From an uncultured bacterium (GTDB taxonomy: Bacteria; Auribacterota; Erginobacteria; Erginobacterales; Erginobacteraceae): a DNA stretch of 64,000 nucleotides. The notes beneath the pieces were generated by a model. The model saw only the letters and a program-made list of their open reading frames with translations, searched no databases and was not told where the DNA came from. The DNA lies in contig CAWGIE010000039.1 in NCBI GenBank assembly GCA_963822585.1, positions 1 through 64,000 on the forward strand, written 5' to 3'. Positions 1 to 9,184 of this stretch are shown piece after piece (within the stretch, counting starts at the first letter, position 1; every line of letters begins with the position of its first letter). The position numbers were made by a program, and so were the translations under genes.

Positions 1-200
1 ATAACAACCGTCGTGGCCATGATCCCCCTTGCCCTGGGGATGGGCTGGGGGGGCGGGTTCCGGGCGCCGATGGCGATCGTTTCCATCGGCGGGATGATCG
101 GGGGGGGCTGCTGGCCCTGATCGTGATGCCGGCCTTCTACGTCATTTTTTCCAGCCCCCGGCAGCATCTGCGGAAGATCGTCGATCGGATCACCCGCTGA
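1..200 (+). CDS. 3' end of RND-family efflux permease (AcrB-like), partial; apparent frameshift in G8 run at 100-107
   Basis: Frame 1 reads ITTVVAMIPLALGMGWGGGFRAPMAIVSIGGMI, the typical last TM pair of AcrB/CusA. It continues in another frame as LLALIVMPAFYVIF to TGA at 198-200. Confidence 0.7.
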   Translation, partial: NNRRGHDPPCPGDGLGGRVPGADGDRFHRRDDRGGLLALIVMPAFYVIFSSPRQHLRKIVDRITR

Positions 201-219
201 CTCGCTGCTTAGAGACAAT

Positions 220-291
220 AAACCGCGGATTAAACGGATTAAGCGGATTGTTTTTTTCCTGTAATCAGCGTAATCCGCATAATCAGCGGTT
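220..291. repeat. Inverted doublet of 9-bp tandem units (AACCGCGGATTAAACGGATTAAGCGGATT ... AATCAGCGTAATCCGCATAATCAGCGGTT)
   Basis: Seen directly; a second copy lies at 35219-35288. Confidence 0.8.
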
Positions 292-340
292 AAATAAGTT
301 GCCAGAGCCGAGCGAGGGCTACGTTCTTTGATTCATACAA

Positions 341-382
341 AAATAAAAAATCCGGGACGGGGGGAAATCCCCGTCCCGGATT
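341..382 (-). terminator. Rho-independent terminator of the 410-835 gene
   Basis: GC hairpin AATCCGGGACGGGG/CCCCGTCCCGGATT followed by a T-run on the minus strand. Confidence 0.8.
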
Positions 383-409
383 ACGGGTAAATCATGATAC
401 CCGGCCCGA

Positions 410-835
410 TTACTTCTGAGGAGGCGCCAGGCTGGACTGCATATCCGCCAGGACCTTTTTAACTTCCGGATCTTGGCCGTATTGCTGGCCGATCTTCCTC
501 ATGGCCCCGATAAACCGGGGCATCATCTCATCCATCTTGTTCATCTCTTCCTTGAGCTCTTCCGGAGGATTCTTCTGGTCCATCAGTTCGGGATATTTTC
601 CGGCCACCTGCATCATTCCCTCCCGGGAGGCTTCCGCGTTCTTTTGAAACTCTTTCAGGGCGGCGATCACCTGGGTAGAGTCCTGGGCCTTATCGACCTG
701 TGCCGTAAAAGTATCCATCATCTCATACTGGCGTTTGATGGCTTTTTTGGCATCGGCGTATTTGCCGCCGCCGCCACATCCCACAGCAACAACAATTACA
801 GCGGCAAAGGCCAATATGAAAGCTGTCCTTCTCAT
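410..835 (-). CDS. Hypothetical alpha-helical lipoprotein
   Basis: MRR + hydrophobic stretch + lipobox-like VAVGC; AGGAGG RBS upstream; own promoter and terminator. Confidence 0.75.
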   Translation of the reverse strand: MRRTAFILAFAAVIVVAVGCGGGGKYADAKKAIKRQYEMMDTFTAQVDKAQDSTQVIAALKEFQKNAEASREGMMQVAGKYPELMDQKNPPEELKEEMNKMDEMMPRFIGAMRKIGQQYGQDPEVKKVLADMQSSLAPPQK

Positions 836-896
836 CTTTACCTCCTTCTATTCTTCCCTTTAAAAAAAATAATCCAGTGGTTTTACCGACGCGGTA

Positions 897-925
897 AACC
901 TATCTTCACTCTTCCCGGCTGTCAA
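897..925 (-). promoter_or_regulatory. Sigma70-like promoter for 410-835
   Basis: Minus strand TTGACA-17 bp-TAGGTT. Confidence 0.55.
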
Positions 926-935
926 TATAAAATAC

Positions 936-1289
936 ATTAGCTCGCTACACTCGCCAATTTATATAGGATCGTCCTTAACCCGATTTATTCATAAATCGGG
1001 TTAGTCTTGAACCATGTCCAAGCTTACATGAACAGCCACATGGAAAATATTAATTTTATCAAATTTTCTGGCAGTGAATTACAGCCAAAGATCTACTGCA
1101 GCCGGCAGCGTTAACAGGGAGAATAACACGTTGTCCTTGCGGAGAAGAAAATCAGAGTACTGTCGCCGCATAAACAAGATTGCTATTCATAATACATTGA
1201 ACGACAATTAGTAACCTGGATTATTCATGAAAATTTTCAATTTTCATGAATAATCCAGGTTAAGCGCAGCGAAAGGACGATACTACACT
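936..1289. repeat. Composite intergenic element, copy C (conserved flanks, IR ATCGTCCTT 968-976 / AAGGACGAT 1273-1281, unique ~295-bp cargo with two palindromes)
   Basis: Flanks match 8937-9158 and 46627-46895; palindromes at ~976-1003 and ~1212-1262. Confidence 0.75.
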
Positions 1290-1297
1290 GTTTGATT

Positions 1298-2587
1298 TCA
1301 GGGAGTATACAACCCCAGCTTAACCGGCAGGTAGAGGGAGAGGGCCGGGAAAAGCGAGAGCAGCACCAGGATCGCCACGTTAGCGACGACATAGGGCAGA
1401 ATCCGCTTCGCTACCGCGTCCACGTCGCAATCAACCAGGTTGGCGGCGGTGAACAGATTAACGCCGACCGGGGGTGTGGCCTGCCCGATCGCCAGGGCCG
1501 AGATGAAAATGACTCCATACCAAAGCGGGTCAATGCCGAAACGGGACAGCACCGGGATCAGGATCGGCATCACCAGATAAGAGATGCTGATGGCGTCGAG
1601 AAACATCCCCATGACGAGGAGAAGACAGTTGATCAGGAGAATAACGACCAGCGGGCTCGATGATATTTTAACAATGAAGCCGGCGGCCAGATCGGTCAGG
1701 CCGGTGGCGGCCACCGTCCAGGCAAAGATCCCGGCGAAGGCGACGATGAACATGATCACCGAGCTGGTGACGGCGGCCTCGGAAAGGATGTGGACCAGGT
1801 CCTTCAGGGTAATGGAGCGGTAAATGACAACCGCCACCAGCAGGCTGTAGAAAACGGCGACCACCGCGGCCTCGGTGGGGGTGAAGATCCCGGAGTAAAT
1901 CCCGCCCAGGATGATGACCGGCGAGAGGAGGGCCCAGATTGCGTCCCGGAACGCCCGAAGTATTTGGCGGCCCGATCCCCTCCCCTCTCCGCCCCGGTAT
2001 CCGCGCCGGCGGGAGACCAGCCACGCGGTCAGAACACAGCCGGCCCCCATGATGATGCCGGGCACGATCCCGGCCAGGAATAAAGCGCTGACCGAGGTGT
2101 TGGTAATGGTCCCGTAGATGATGAAGGCGATGCTGGGGGGGATAATGATGGAGAGATCGGAGGCGTTGGCGATGGTGGCGGCGGCGAAACCCCGATCATA
2201 CCCCTGCCGGAGCATGGGGACGATCATGATCATGCCGACCGCGGCGGTGGTCGCCGGCCCCGAACCGGAGATCGCCCCCCAGAAAATACAGGTGAGTACC
2301 GCCACTACCGCGAGGCCGCCGGCTGCTTTTCCCACCAACAGTTCGAAAAACTCCGCTATCCGGGCGGCCAGTCCGGCTTTCTGCATGATAACCCCGGCCA
2401 GGATGAAAAACGGTATCGCCAGAAGAGGGAACGAGGCGATGCCGGCCACGAAGTTAGGGCCGACCATCTGGGTTCCCAGACCGAACACGCACACGGTCAG
2501 GATCCCCGACACTCCCAGCGAGGTGCCGACCGGCACACCCAGCAGAAGAAGCAGGAAAAAAGCCGCGAATAGAGTCAGCGCTGTCAT
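1298..2587 (-). CDS. dctM: TRAP transporter large permease (DctM)
   Basis: LAIPFFILAG, ISGSGPA, IIPPSI, GIFTPTEAA and TPPVG motifs; very hydrophobic; 429 aa. Confidence 0.95.
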   Translation of the reverse strand: MTALTLFAAFFLLLLLGVPVGTSLGVSGILTVCVFGLGTQMVGPNFVAGIASFPLLAIPFFILAGVIMQKAGLAARIAEFFELLVGKAAGGLAVVAVLTCIFWGAISGSGPATTAAVGMIMIVPMLRQGYDRGFAAATIANASDLSIIIPPSIAFIIYGTITNTSVSALFLAGIVPGIIMGAGCVLTAWLVSRRRGYRGGEGRGSGRQILRAFRDAIWALLSPVIILGGIYSGIFTPTEAAVVAVFYSLLVAVVIYRSITLKDLVHILSEAAVTSSVIMFIVAFAGIFAWTVAATGLTDLAAGFIVKISSSPLVVILLINCLLLVMGMFLDAISISYLVMPILIPVLSRFGIDPLWYGVIFISALAIGQATPPVGVNLFTAANLVDCDVDAVAKRILPYVVANVAILVLLSLFPALSLYLPVKLGLYTP

Positions 2588-2620
2588 CAGAACTCAGCCC
2601 TCGCTTCGCTCGGACAACTA

Positions 2621-2741
2621 AAAAAACTACGAATTTCGCGAATTACACGAATTACACGAATTACACGAATTTATTTTAAAATATCCCTGCAATGTTGATT
2701 CAATGCTTGCACATTTTGATTTTACCGGAGGAAAAATAAGA
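2621..2741. repeat. Dispersed ~110-bp element: CACGAATTA tandem units + GATTCAATGCTTGCAC + TTTT-CCGGAGG-AAAAATAAG hairpin
   Basis: Degenerate second copy at ~40593-40695; the 3' part also occurs at ~24161-24196. Confidence 0.7.
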
Positions 2742-2843
2742 TTATTGTGCGCCAGAGGCGCATCCCGATGGCTATCGGGGAAATTCCGAAGCAGTAATCT
2801 TAACGAAAGCGTACGCACATATATGATCGACTCCACCGCGAAC

Positions 2844-2917
2844 ATGGAGTGTTGGAGTACTGGATTGCCGGGATCCAGCCCCATTACTCCATTACTCCAG
2901 CACTCCATCACTCCATG
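2844..2917. repeat. Inverted doublet of 8-bp TGGAGTRN tandem units
   Basis: TGGAGTGTTGGAGTACTGG ... CCATTACTCCATTACTCCAGCACTCCATCACTCCA; related units at 5749-5784 and 45554-45590. Confidence 0.75.
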
Positions 2918-2918
2918 C

Positions 2919-3434
2919 TTATTCCCTATGCCCCGTTTCCGAAGATGCGAACGATACCCCCCTCTTCCGCATCTCCGAGGCCGCCCCCCGGTATATCCCC
3001 TTAAAGACGGATAACGAAAAGACCACCACGCCGGCATAATAGATCCAGATCGGGATCTCGAGCGCCGGCGAAGAGGCCCGAAAAATGGTTATCTCGTAGT
3101 AGATGGTGCGGACCAGGAAAAGATCTATCGCCACGAAGAGCCCGGCGCTGAGGACCGCACTCAGGAGGATAAGCAGCCGCCGCAGCCGGGCCGGGAAAAG
3201 CCTGAAGAAGGTTACCATTCCCAGCTGAGCGCCCCGCTCGAAGGCGAGACCCGTCCCGATGACGGTCAGCCAGACGAATAGATTGATGGTTATCTCCTCC
3301 GTAAAGGAGAGTGAATAATGAAAGAGGTACCGGCCCAGAATGTTCACGAAGGCGATCAGGGCCATCGCCCCCAGCAGAACCGCGGCGGCGACATGTTCCC
3401 ATCTTAATGTGGCGCCCACTCCCTGATGCGGCAT
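2919..3434 (-). CDS. dctQ: TRAP transporter small permease (DctQ)
   Basis: Four TM segments, RY..FTEE..WLT pattern; lies between dctP and dctM. Confidence 0.9.
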   Translation of the reverse strand: MPHQGVGATLRWEHVAAAVLLGAMALIAFVNILGRYLFHYSLSFTEEITINLFVWLTVIGTGLAFERGAQLGMVTFFRLFPARLRRLLILLSAVLSAGLFVAIDLFLVRTIYYEITIFRASSPALEIPIWIYYAGVVVFSLSVFKGIYRGAASEMRKRGVSFASSETGHRE

Positions 3435-3689
3435 TCAGCTATCCTTTCATTGTTCTGCATTATATCCATTCCACAAACTTACGAAAAACCACGAAGGACA
3501 CGAAGGTCACGAAGATCTCTATAAAAAGAGATTCGCTTTTTTTATTTTAAGGGCTTCTTCTATTTGATACGGTAAAAACGTATGCGGAGTCACCACCAGG
3601 ACAAACCTGGTGGTGAATATAAACCCACAAAAAATGATAGAGGGTCACTTGTTCGAATAACGTGTAGTTCATATCCGGAGTTACCCGGC

Positions 3690-4790
3690 CTATCGAATTG
3701 CGGGAGCGGCCGCGGAGGGCAAGAGAGGCAGAGCTACCTGCAGCCCCAGGTCGGCCTGGGCCGCGGAATAGATATCATCCCCTATTTTTTCAATCCACTT
3801 CTTCCTGACCCGAGCGGTGGCGGCACGGAAAGCCTTTAACTCCTTTTCCGAAAGAATGCTGACGATCATTCCTTTCCCCTCCAAGTAACGGAGCGGGTCG
3901 GTTATCGCAGGGGTGTATTGAAACTCAGCTTTCAGGATGTTCAGTGACGTATCTCCGTCAAGACCGGCCCGGACCAGGGCTTTTTCAAATCGGGCCGCCT
4001 CCCGGGCCGCCGCCTGGATCGCCGCTTGAACATCCGCCGGGAGTTTTTCCCACTCATCCTTGTTCCAGAAGAACACGAGCGGATCGAGCAGGTAATTCCA
4101 GACGGTCAGATACCGCTGATACTGACTGATCTGGACCGCGAGCAAGATGGCAATCGGGTTCTCCTGTCCGTCAACGGTTCCCTGCTGAAAAGCCGTGACC
4201 GCGTCACCCCAATTCATGTTGATCGGATCGGCGTCCATCCCCCGGAAGATGTCAATAAAGATCGGACTGCCCACCACCCGGATCTTGAGGCCGGCCAGAT
4301 CGGAAGGAGAGAGGATGGACCGGTCCCGGTTGGTCAGTTGACGGAACCCGTTCTCTCCCCAGGCCAGCGGCTTTACTCCCTTTTTCTCCAGCAAGGCGAA
4401 GAGACTCCGTCCGGTCGCCCCATTTTCCATGCGGTCAACATCGGCAAAGCCGGAGATAAAAAACGGAAGGGAGAAGATGTTCATTTCCGGGACCACCGGG
4501 GAGACATTGATGGTGGATTCCAGAGCGCAGTCGACGGCACCCATCGCCACCATCTGGCAGGAGTTGAGCTGGGCCCCCTTCAGCAACTGGCTGCCGTAAT
4601 AAGGCTTTACCCTGATCCGGCCTCCGGTCTTCTCGCCGACCAGTTCAGCGAACCGGGCCGCTCCCTGCCCCCAGTAGGTCAGCGGCCCTACCGTGACCTG
4701 CATCCTGTACTCTTTTTTGAATTCTGCCGCGTGGCTGAGGATAATCTGCGATAACAGCCCGACTATAATCAATACCACATTCTTTATCAT
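3690..4790 (-). CDS. dctP: TRAP substrate-binding protein (DctP family)
   Basis: Signal peptide; ENGFRQLT, DLAGLKIRV and DGQENP motifs. Confidence 0.95.
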   Translation of the reverse strand: MIKNVVLIIVGLLSQIILSHAAEFKKEYRMQVTVGPLTYWGQGAARFAELVGEKTGGRIRVKPYYGSQLLKGAQLNSCQMVAMGAVDCALESTINVSPVVPEMNIFSLPFFISGFADVDRMENGATGRSLFALLEKKGVKPLAWGENGFRQLTNRDRSILSPSDLAGLKIRVVGSPIFIDIFRGMDADPINMNWGDAVTAFQQGTVDGQENPIAILLAVQISQYQRYLTVWNYLLDPLVFFWNKDEWEKLPADVQAAIQAAAREAARFEKALVRAGLDGDTSLNILKAEFQYTPAITDPLRYLEGKGMIVSILSEKELKAFRAATARVRKKWIEKIGDDIYSAAQADLGLQVALPLLPSAAAPAIR

Positions 4791-4795
4791 AATGA

Positions 4796-5692
4796 TCAGG
4801 CACGGGGGTGGGTGCGGTCATAAACCTTTTTCAAGCGCTCTTTCGAAACGTGCGTGTAAATCTGGGTGGTGCTGAGAGACTCATGACCGAGCAGTTCCTG
4901 TACCGAACGGAGATCCGCCCCGGCATCGAGAAGGTGGGTCGCGAACGAATGACGGATGGCGTGCGGGGTAATTTTTTTATTGATCGCGGCCTGCTTGATG
5001 TATTTCTTGAGCATCTTCCCGACCGATTCCGCCGAGAGTCTTTCCCGGGAACGATTGATAAACAGAGGAGCGGAAGCGGGCTGCCGCGGGCGGGCATCAA
5101 GGTATTTTCTCAGGGCCCGGACCGCGTAACTGCCGAGCGGACAGAGGCGTTCTTTCTTCCCTTTTTCCCGCACCTTGATCATCTCTCCGATTAAATCGAG
5201 ATTGCCCCGGTTCATGGAGACCAGCGCGCCCACCCGGATCCCCGTGCTGTAGAGGGTCTCCAGGATGGCGCGATCCCGCAGACCGAGGAATGTCGATCGA
5301 TCCGGCGCTTCCAGCAACGTCCTGATTTCATCCTGGGCCAGAAACAGGGGCAGTTTTTTATCCTGACGGGGAAGCCAGACCTGGCGCGCCGGATTACTCT
5401 CCACCACTCCTTCTCTCCTCAGAAAACGAAAGAACGAACGCAAAGTCGATATCTTGCGGGAAAGAGAACGCTTACCGACCCCTTCCTGCTGCAGGAAGGC
5501 TATATACGCCCGCAGGGCAAGACGGTCGATTCTCTTCACCCTGACCAAACCGGCAATATCCTGTGATTTCAGAAAACGATGAAATTGGGCAAGATCCGAT
5601 CTGTAATTCCGAAGCGTGTGGGGGGAGGCGTTCCGTTCCAGCCGGAGGTAACGGATAAAGGCGTCGATGTATGATTCAAAGTCAGCAGGCAT
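4796..5692 (-). CDS. xerC: Tyrosine recombinase XerC
   Basis: SPHTLRNY N-domain, RDRAILETLYSTGIR, HAIRHSFATHLL, LLGH and TQIY catalytic motifs; next to dprA. Confidence 0.9.
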   Translation of the reverse strand: MPADFESYIDAFIRYLRLERNASPHTLRNYRSDLAQFHRFLKSQDIAGLVRVKRIDRLALRAYIAFLQQEGVGKRSLSRKISTLRSFFRFLRREGVVESNPARQVWLPRQDKKLPLFLAQDEIRTLLEAPDRSTFLGLRDRAILETLYSTGIRVGALVSMNRGNLDLIGEMIKVREKGKKERLCPLGSYAVRALRKYLDARPRQPASAPLFINRSRERLSAESVGKMLKKYIKQAAINKKITPHAIRHSFATHLLDAGADLRSVQELLGHESLSTTQIYTHVSKERLKKVYDRTHPRA

Positions 5693-5818
5693 ATATTTAT
5701 TTTACCGTATTATATTTTTACATTGGAATAATATCACATAAAGCCGGAATGGAGTGGTGGAGTGGTGGAGTGATGGAATAGTGGGAAATACCCCCCCTTC
5801 CCGCTCCGAAGCTCGGTG

Positions 5819-6919
5819 CTATGCTTTGATAAATACTTTCCCCGGCAAGCGCTTGATCAGACGCTTGAGTTCCAGCGAGACCAATGCCGCAGAAACCGCC
5901 GGGGACGGGAGCCCGGTTGTCGACAATATCTGCTCCATCCCGGCTTCTCCTTCAGAGAGGACATCGTAGACCGACTTCTCATCAGGCGAGAGATTATCCC
6001 GCCGGCCGGGACCGTCGGGGATAGCGGGACCGGCAGCCAAGACACGGGGGAATAAATATTCGAACTCCTCCAGAATGTCTTCCACCACGGCAACCATTTT
6101 CGCGCCGTCCCGGATCAGGGAATTGGTGCCCCGGGCCGAGAAACTGTCTATCCGTCCGGGGATCGCCATCACCAGTCGTCCCTGCTCCATGGCCAGCCGG
6201 GCGGTGATCAGGGCACCGCTCCGCTGCCCCGCTTCAACCACCAGAACACCGAGAGAGAGGCCGCTCACCAGCCGGTTCCGAAGGGGGAAATTCTGCCGGT
6301 CGGGTACCGCGCGGATCGGGAACTCGGAGATAACCGCACCGGAAGCAGCAATCTCCTCCGCCAGTTTTTTATTTTCCGGCGGATAGATATTCCCCAGGCC
6401 GCTGCCCAGAACCGCGATCGTGCGGCCACCGGCGGAGAGAGCCCCCCGGTGAGCGGCGGTATCGATCCCCCGGGCAAGGCCGCTCACCACCGTAAGCCCG
6501 CGGGACACCAACTGATAAGACAATTTCCGGGCCGACTGGAGGCCATAGTGCGAGGCCCGGCGCGAGCCGACAACGGCCAGGGCCGGCCGATCCTCCGGGA
6601 TCAGGCTTCCCCGGACATAGAGAACGACCGGTGGATCATAGATTTCTTTCAGGTTGACGGGATACTCCCGCTCGTAGACGGTCAGGATCGTTAATCCCAG
6701 CTTCTCGATCAGCCTGAACTCTTCCCGGTATTCCAGCTCTTCCCAGTTGCTGATGGCGCGGGCAAGGTGAGGGCCGATCCCCGGCACTTCCTGGAGGGCG
6801 GAGACCGGCTGGCCGATGATCCGGGAGGCGCTGCCGAAATGTTCCATCAGGTTCCGGATTCTGACCGGACCCAGGCCACGGACCAGGTTCAGGATAAGCA
6901 GGCACTCCTTCTCATCCAC
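5819..6919 (-). CDS. dprA: DNA-processing protein DprA
   Basis: VVGSR, VSGLARGID and FPLRNRLVSG motifs plus C-terminal winged helix. Start moved to GTG 6919 after a GAGGTG RBS; the longer ORF start runs through a repeat. Confidence 0.95.
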   Translation of the reverse strand: MDEKECLLILNLVRGLGPVRIRNLMEHFGSASRIIGQPVSALQEVPGIGPHLARAISNWEELEYREEFRLIEKLGLTILTVYEREYPVNLKEIYDPPVVLYVRGSLIPEDRPALAVVGSRRASHYGLQSARKLSYQLVSRGLTVVSGLARGIDTAAHRGALSAGGRTIAVLGSGLGNIYPPENKKLAEEIAASGAVISEFPIRAVPDRQNFPLRNRLVSGLSLGVLVVEAGQRSGALITARLAMEQGRLVMAIPGRIDSFSARGTNSLIRDGAKMVAVVEDILEEFEYLFPRVLAAGPAIPDGPGRRDNLSPDEKSVYDVLSEGEAGMEQILSTTGLPSPAVSAALVSLELKRLIKRLPGKVFIKA

Positions 6920-6953
6920 AACAATCACCTCGCAGGCGATATATTTGCCATTA

Positions 6954-7060
6954 AACCACGAAGGACACGAAGAATAACAACTATTAGGCACTCATGGAAT
7001 ATAAACAAACGAGGAGCATTATCTCCATCTGCCTTCGTGATCTTCGTGTCCTTCGTGGTG
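6954..7060. repeat. Inverted doublet of ACCACGAAG(G/A)ACACGAAG tandem units with unique loop
   Basis: Doublets also at 10960-11057 and 15122-15222; single arms at ~3487-3514 and 21741-21769. Confidence 0.85.
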
Positions 7061-7089
7061 AATATTCGTTATGTCGGCGCCGGGAATAA

Positions 7090-8931
7090 TCAGGAAGCTG
7101 ACTGCCCGGATTTAGCAGACGCCTCCCGGCGGGCGGACCAGAAAAGGCGGACAAGGATTAACGTCTCGATCAACAGCCAGACGGCGAGGGCGAGGATGGC
7201 AAATCCGGTGATCATCAGAGGCAGGCTCTTCTTCTCCCAGAATACTTTCAGCTTCAAGACCATGGCGGTGAGAGTGACCACCAGCATAAACCCCGTCGGA
7301 ATGGTAAAGTAAACGGATCTTCTCCGGATCTGAAAGAGATAGACCCCGACTGCCAGCAGGCCCAGGGCGGCCAGAAGCTGGTTGGTGGTCCCGAAAAGCT
7401 CCCAGAGCGTCATCCCGGCCGGCCGCCCGCCGATCTTCATCAGGGCGAAATACCCGAGGGCGGCGATACCGATCAGGGTGGCGAGATACCGGTTTTTCAG
7501 CGGTTTGATCCCGAAGGTCGATCCCAGGGCCTCGATATCATACCGCAAGAGGCGGGTCCCCGAATCCAGCGTGGTCATGGCGAAGGAAACGACCACCACC
7601 GAGATCAGACCGACGGCAAATTCCCTCGGGATCCCCACCCGGGAGATGAAATCACCGGCGCCGGCAATAAAAACATTAAGGTTCGGCCCCAGTTTGCTCA
7701 TCGCGGAAAAATCGCCGTACCGGCTTAACCAGTCGGTCCGGGTCCCGATGGTGGCGGTGCAGGTGATAATCACCACCACCGCCAGGAACCCCTCGGCCAG
7801 CATCCCGCCGTAACCGATGAAGCGGGCATCACTAATCCGGTTCAGTTGCCGGATCGTGGTGCCGGTAGAGACCAAGTTGTGGAATCCGGAGATAGCCCCG
7901 CAGGCGATGATAATGAAGAGAAACGGGAAGAGAGGCGGCAGGCCGGGAGCATGGAGGCGGAGGGGAGGCGCCGTCACCAGAGGACGGCTGATGAAAATCC
8001 CCAGACAGATCAGGATAATGCCGACATAGAGTTCAAATGAGTTGAGATAATCGCGGGGCTGGAGCAGGGACCAGACCGGGAGAACTGAGGCGAAAAATAC
8101 ATAGATCAGGAGAATGTATATCCAGAAATCGATAGAACGGAGACGGGCTTGCTCAACCAGCAGGACCGAGGCGCTGTCGCCGGCTTCATTCAGCGCTGTG
8201 ATGGCCGGACCGGGGCGGGTGACGTCCGGAAGGCGCCCGGCTTCCTGCAATGCCAGAACCCGGTCCCAGGTCTGATGAGGAAGAAAATACCCATAGATGG
8301 GAACCGGATGTTCAATCCCCACCTCAATCATCCCGAACATGAGAATCACACCGATGACGGTGACAACCAGCGCGGCGACGTGCCGTTTATAAATCATATA
8401 TCCCGCTCCCATGGCGATCGGGATCAGAGCGAAGACCGGGATGACCGAAATCGGGTAAAAATCGGTGAAAAGGACCGCGACAATCATGGCAAAAACACCC
8501 ATCGCCAGGGCTAGCAGGAAGAATATCACGAGCATGAAAAGAGTCCCGGCCCGGAAACCGATCAGGTCCCGGACCACTTCCCCGATCGGACGCCCCTCAT
8601 TCCGCAAAGAGATGATCAGGGCCCCGAAATCGTGGACCGCACCGAGGAAGATCGTCCCGAAAAAAACCCAGAGAAAGGCGGGGAGCCATCCCCAGATCAC
8701 CCCGATCGCCGGACCCATGATCGGTCCCAGACCGGCGATCGAGACGAAGTGGTGGCCGAAGAGGATAGGGAGCCGGGAGGGGACAAAGTCGATACCGTCT
8801 TCCCGTTCCCGGGAGGGGAGTTTCTCATCGGACCGGAGACGGAAGATCTTTTCCTGGAGGAAACGGGCATAGAGAAAGTAGGCGAGCAGAAAGCCGACGA
8901 TCGAGATACCCATTAAAAGCAAAGCACTCAT
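7090..8931 (-). CDS. cstA: Carbon starvation protein A family transporter
   Basis: DGIDFVP, GHHFVSIAGLGPIMGP, LLQPRDYLN, IACGAISGFH and GYGGMLAEG motifs. Confidence 0.93.
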   Translation of the reverse strand: MSALLLMGISIVGFLLAYFLYARFLQEKIFRLRSDEKLPSREREDGIDFVPSRLPILFGHHFVSIAGLGPIMGPAIGVIWGWLPAFLWVFFGTIFLGAVHDFGALIISLRNEGRPIGEVVRDLIGFRAGTLFMLVIFFLLALAMGVFAMIVAVLFTDFYPISVIPVFALIPIAMGAGYMIYKRHVAALVVTVIGVILMFGMIEVGIEHPVPIYGYFLPHQTWDRVLALQEAGRLPDVTRPGPAITALNEAGDSASVLLVEQARLRSIDFWIYILLIYVFFASVLPVWSLLQPRDYLNSFELYVGIILICLGIFISRPLVTAPPLRLHAPGLPPLFPFLFIIIACGAISGFHNLVSTGTTIRQLNRISDARFIGYGGMLAEGFLAVVVIITCTATIGTRTDWLSRYGDFSAMSKLGPNLNVFIAGAGDFISRVGIPREFAVGLISVVVVSFAMTTLDSGTRLLRYDIEALGSTFGIKPLKNRYLATLIGIAALGYFALMKIGGRPAGMTLWELFGTTNQLLAALGLLAVGVYLFQIRRRSVYFTIPTGFMLVVTLTAMVLKLKVFWEKKSLPLMITGFAILALAVWLLIETLILVRLFWSARREASAKSGQSAS

Positions 8932-8936
8932 TTATT

Positions 8937-9158
8937 AATTAGCTCGCTGCGCTCGCAAATTTATGTAGGATCGTCCTTTCGCTGCGCTTCAGGACTTGTA
9001 GGATCAGAATGCCTGCGGCATTCTTTGTAGGAATTGTAGGATCGCTTCGCTTGCAGTTCAGCAAGCGTTGCCCTCGGCAACGCGATACTACATCTCCTAC
9101 ATCTACTACAAGTCCTTCACGGAGTGAAGGACGATACTGCTCTATCGGATTTCTCTTT
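8937..9158. repeat. Composite GTAG-REP mosaic element, copy A (IR 8970-8978 / 9127-9135)
   Basis: Several GTAG-led hairpins; the core is the reverse complement of the core at 46681-46872. Confidence 0.85.
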
Positions 9159-9184
9159 GCAGGAAATTCCGAAGAGAAAAAACA

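Noticed and set aside
4796..5692. Integrase marking a prophage or genomic island
   Set aside because: Typical chromosomal XerC size and motifs next to dprA; no att sites, tRNA or phage genes seen.
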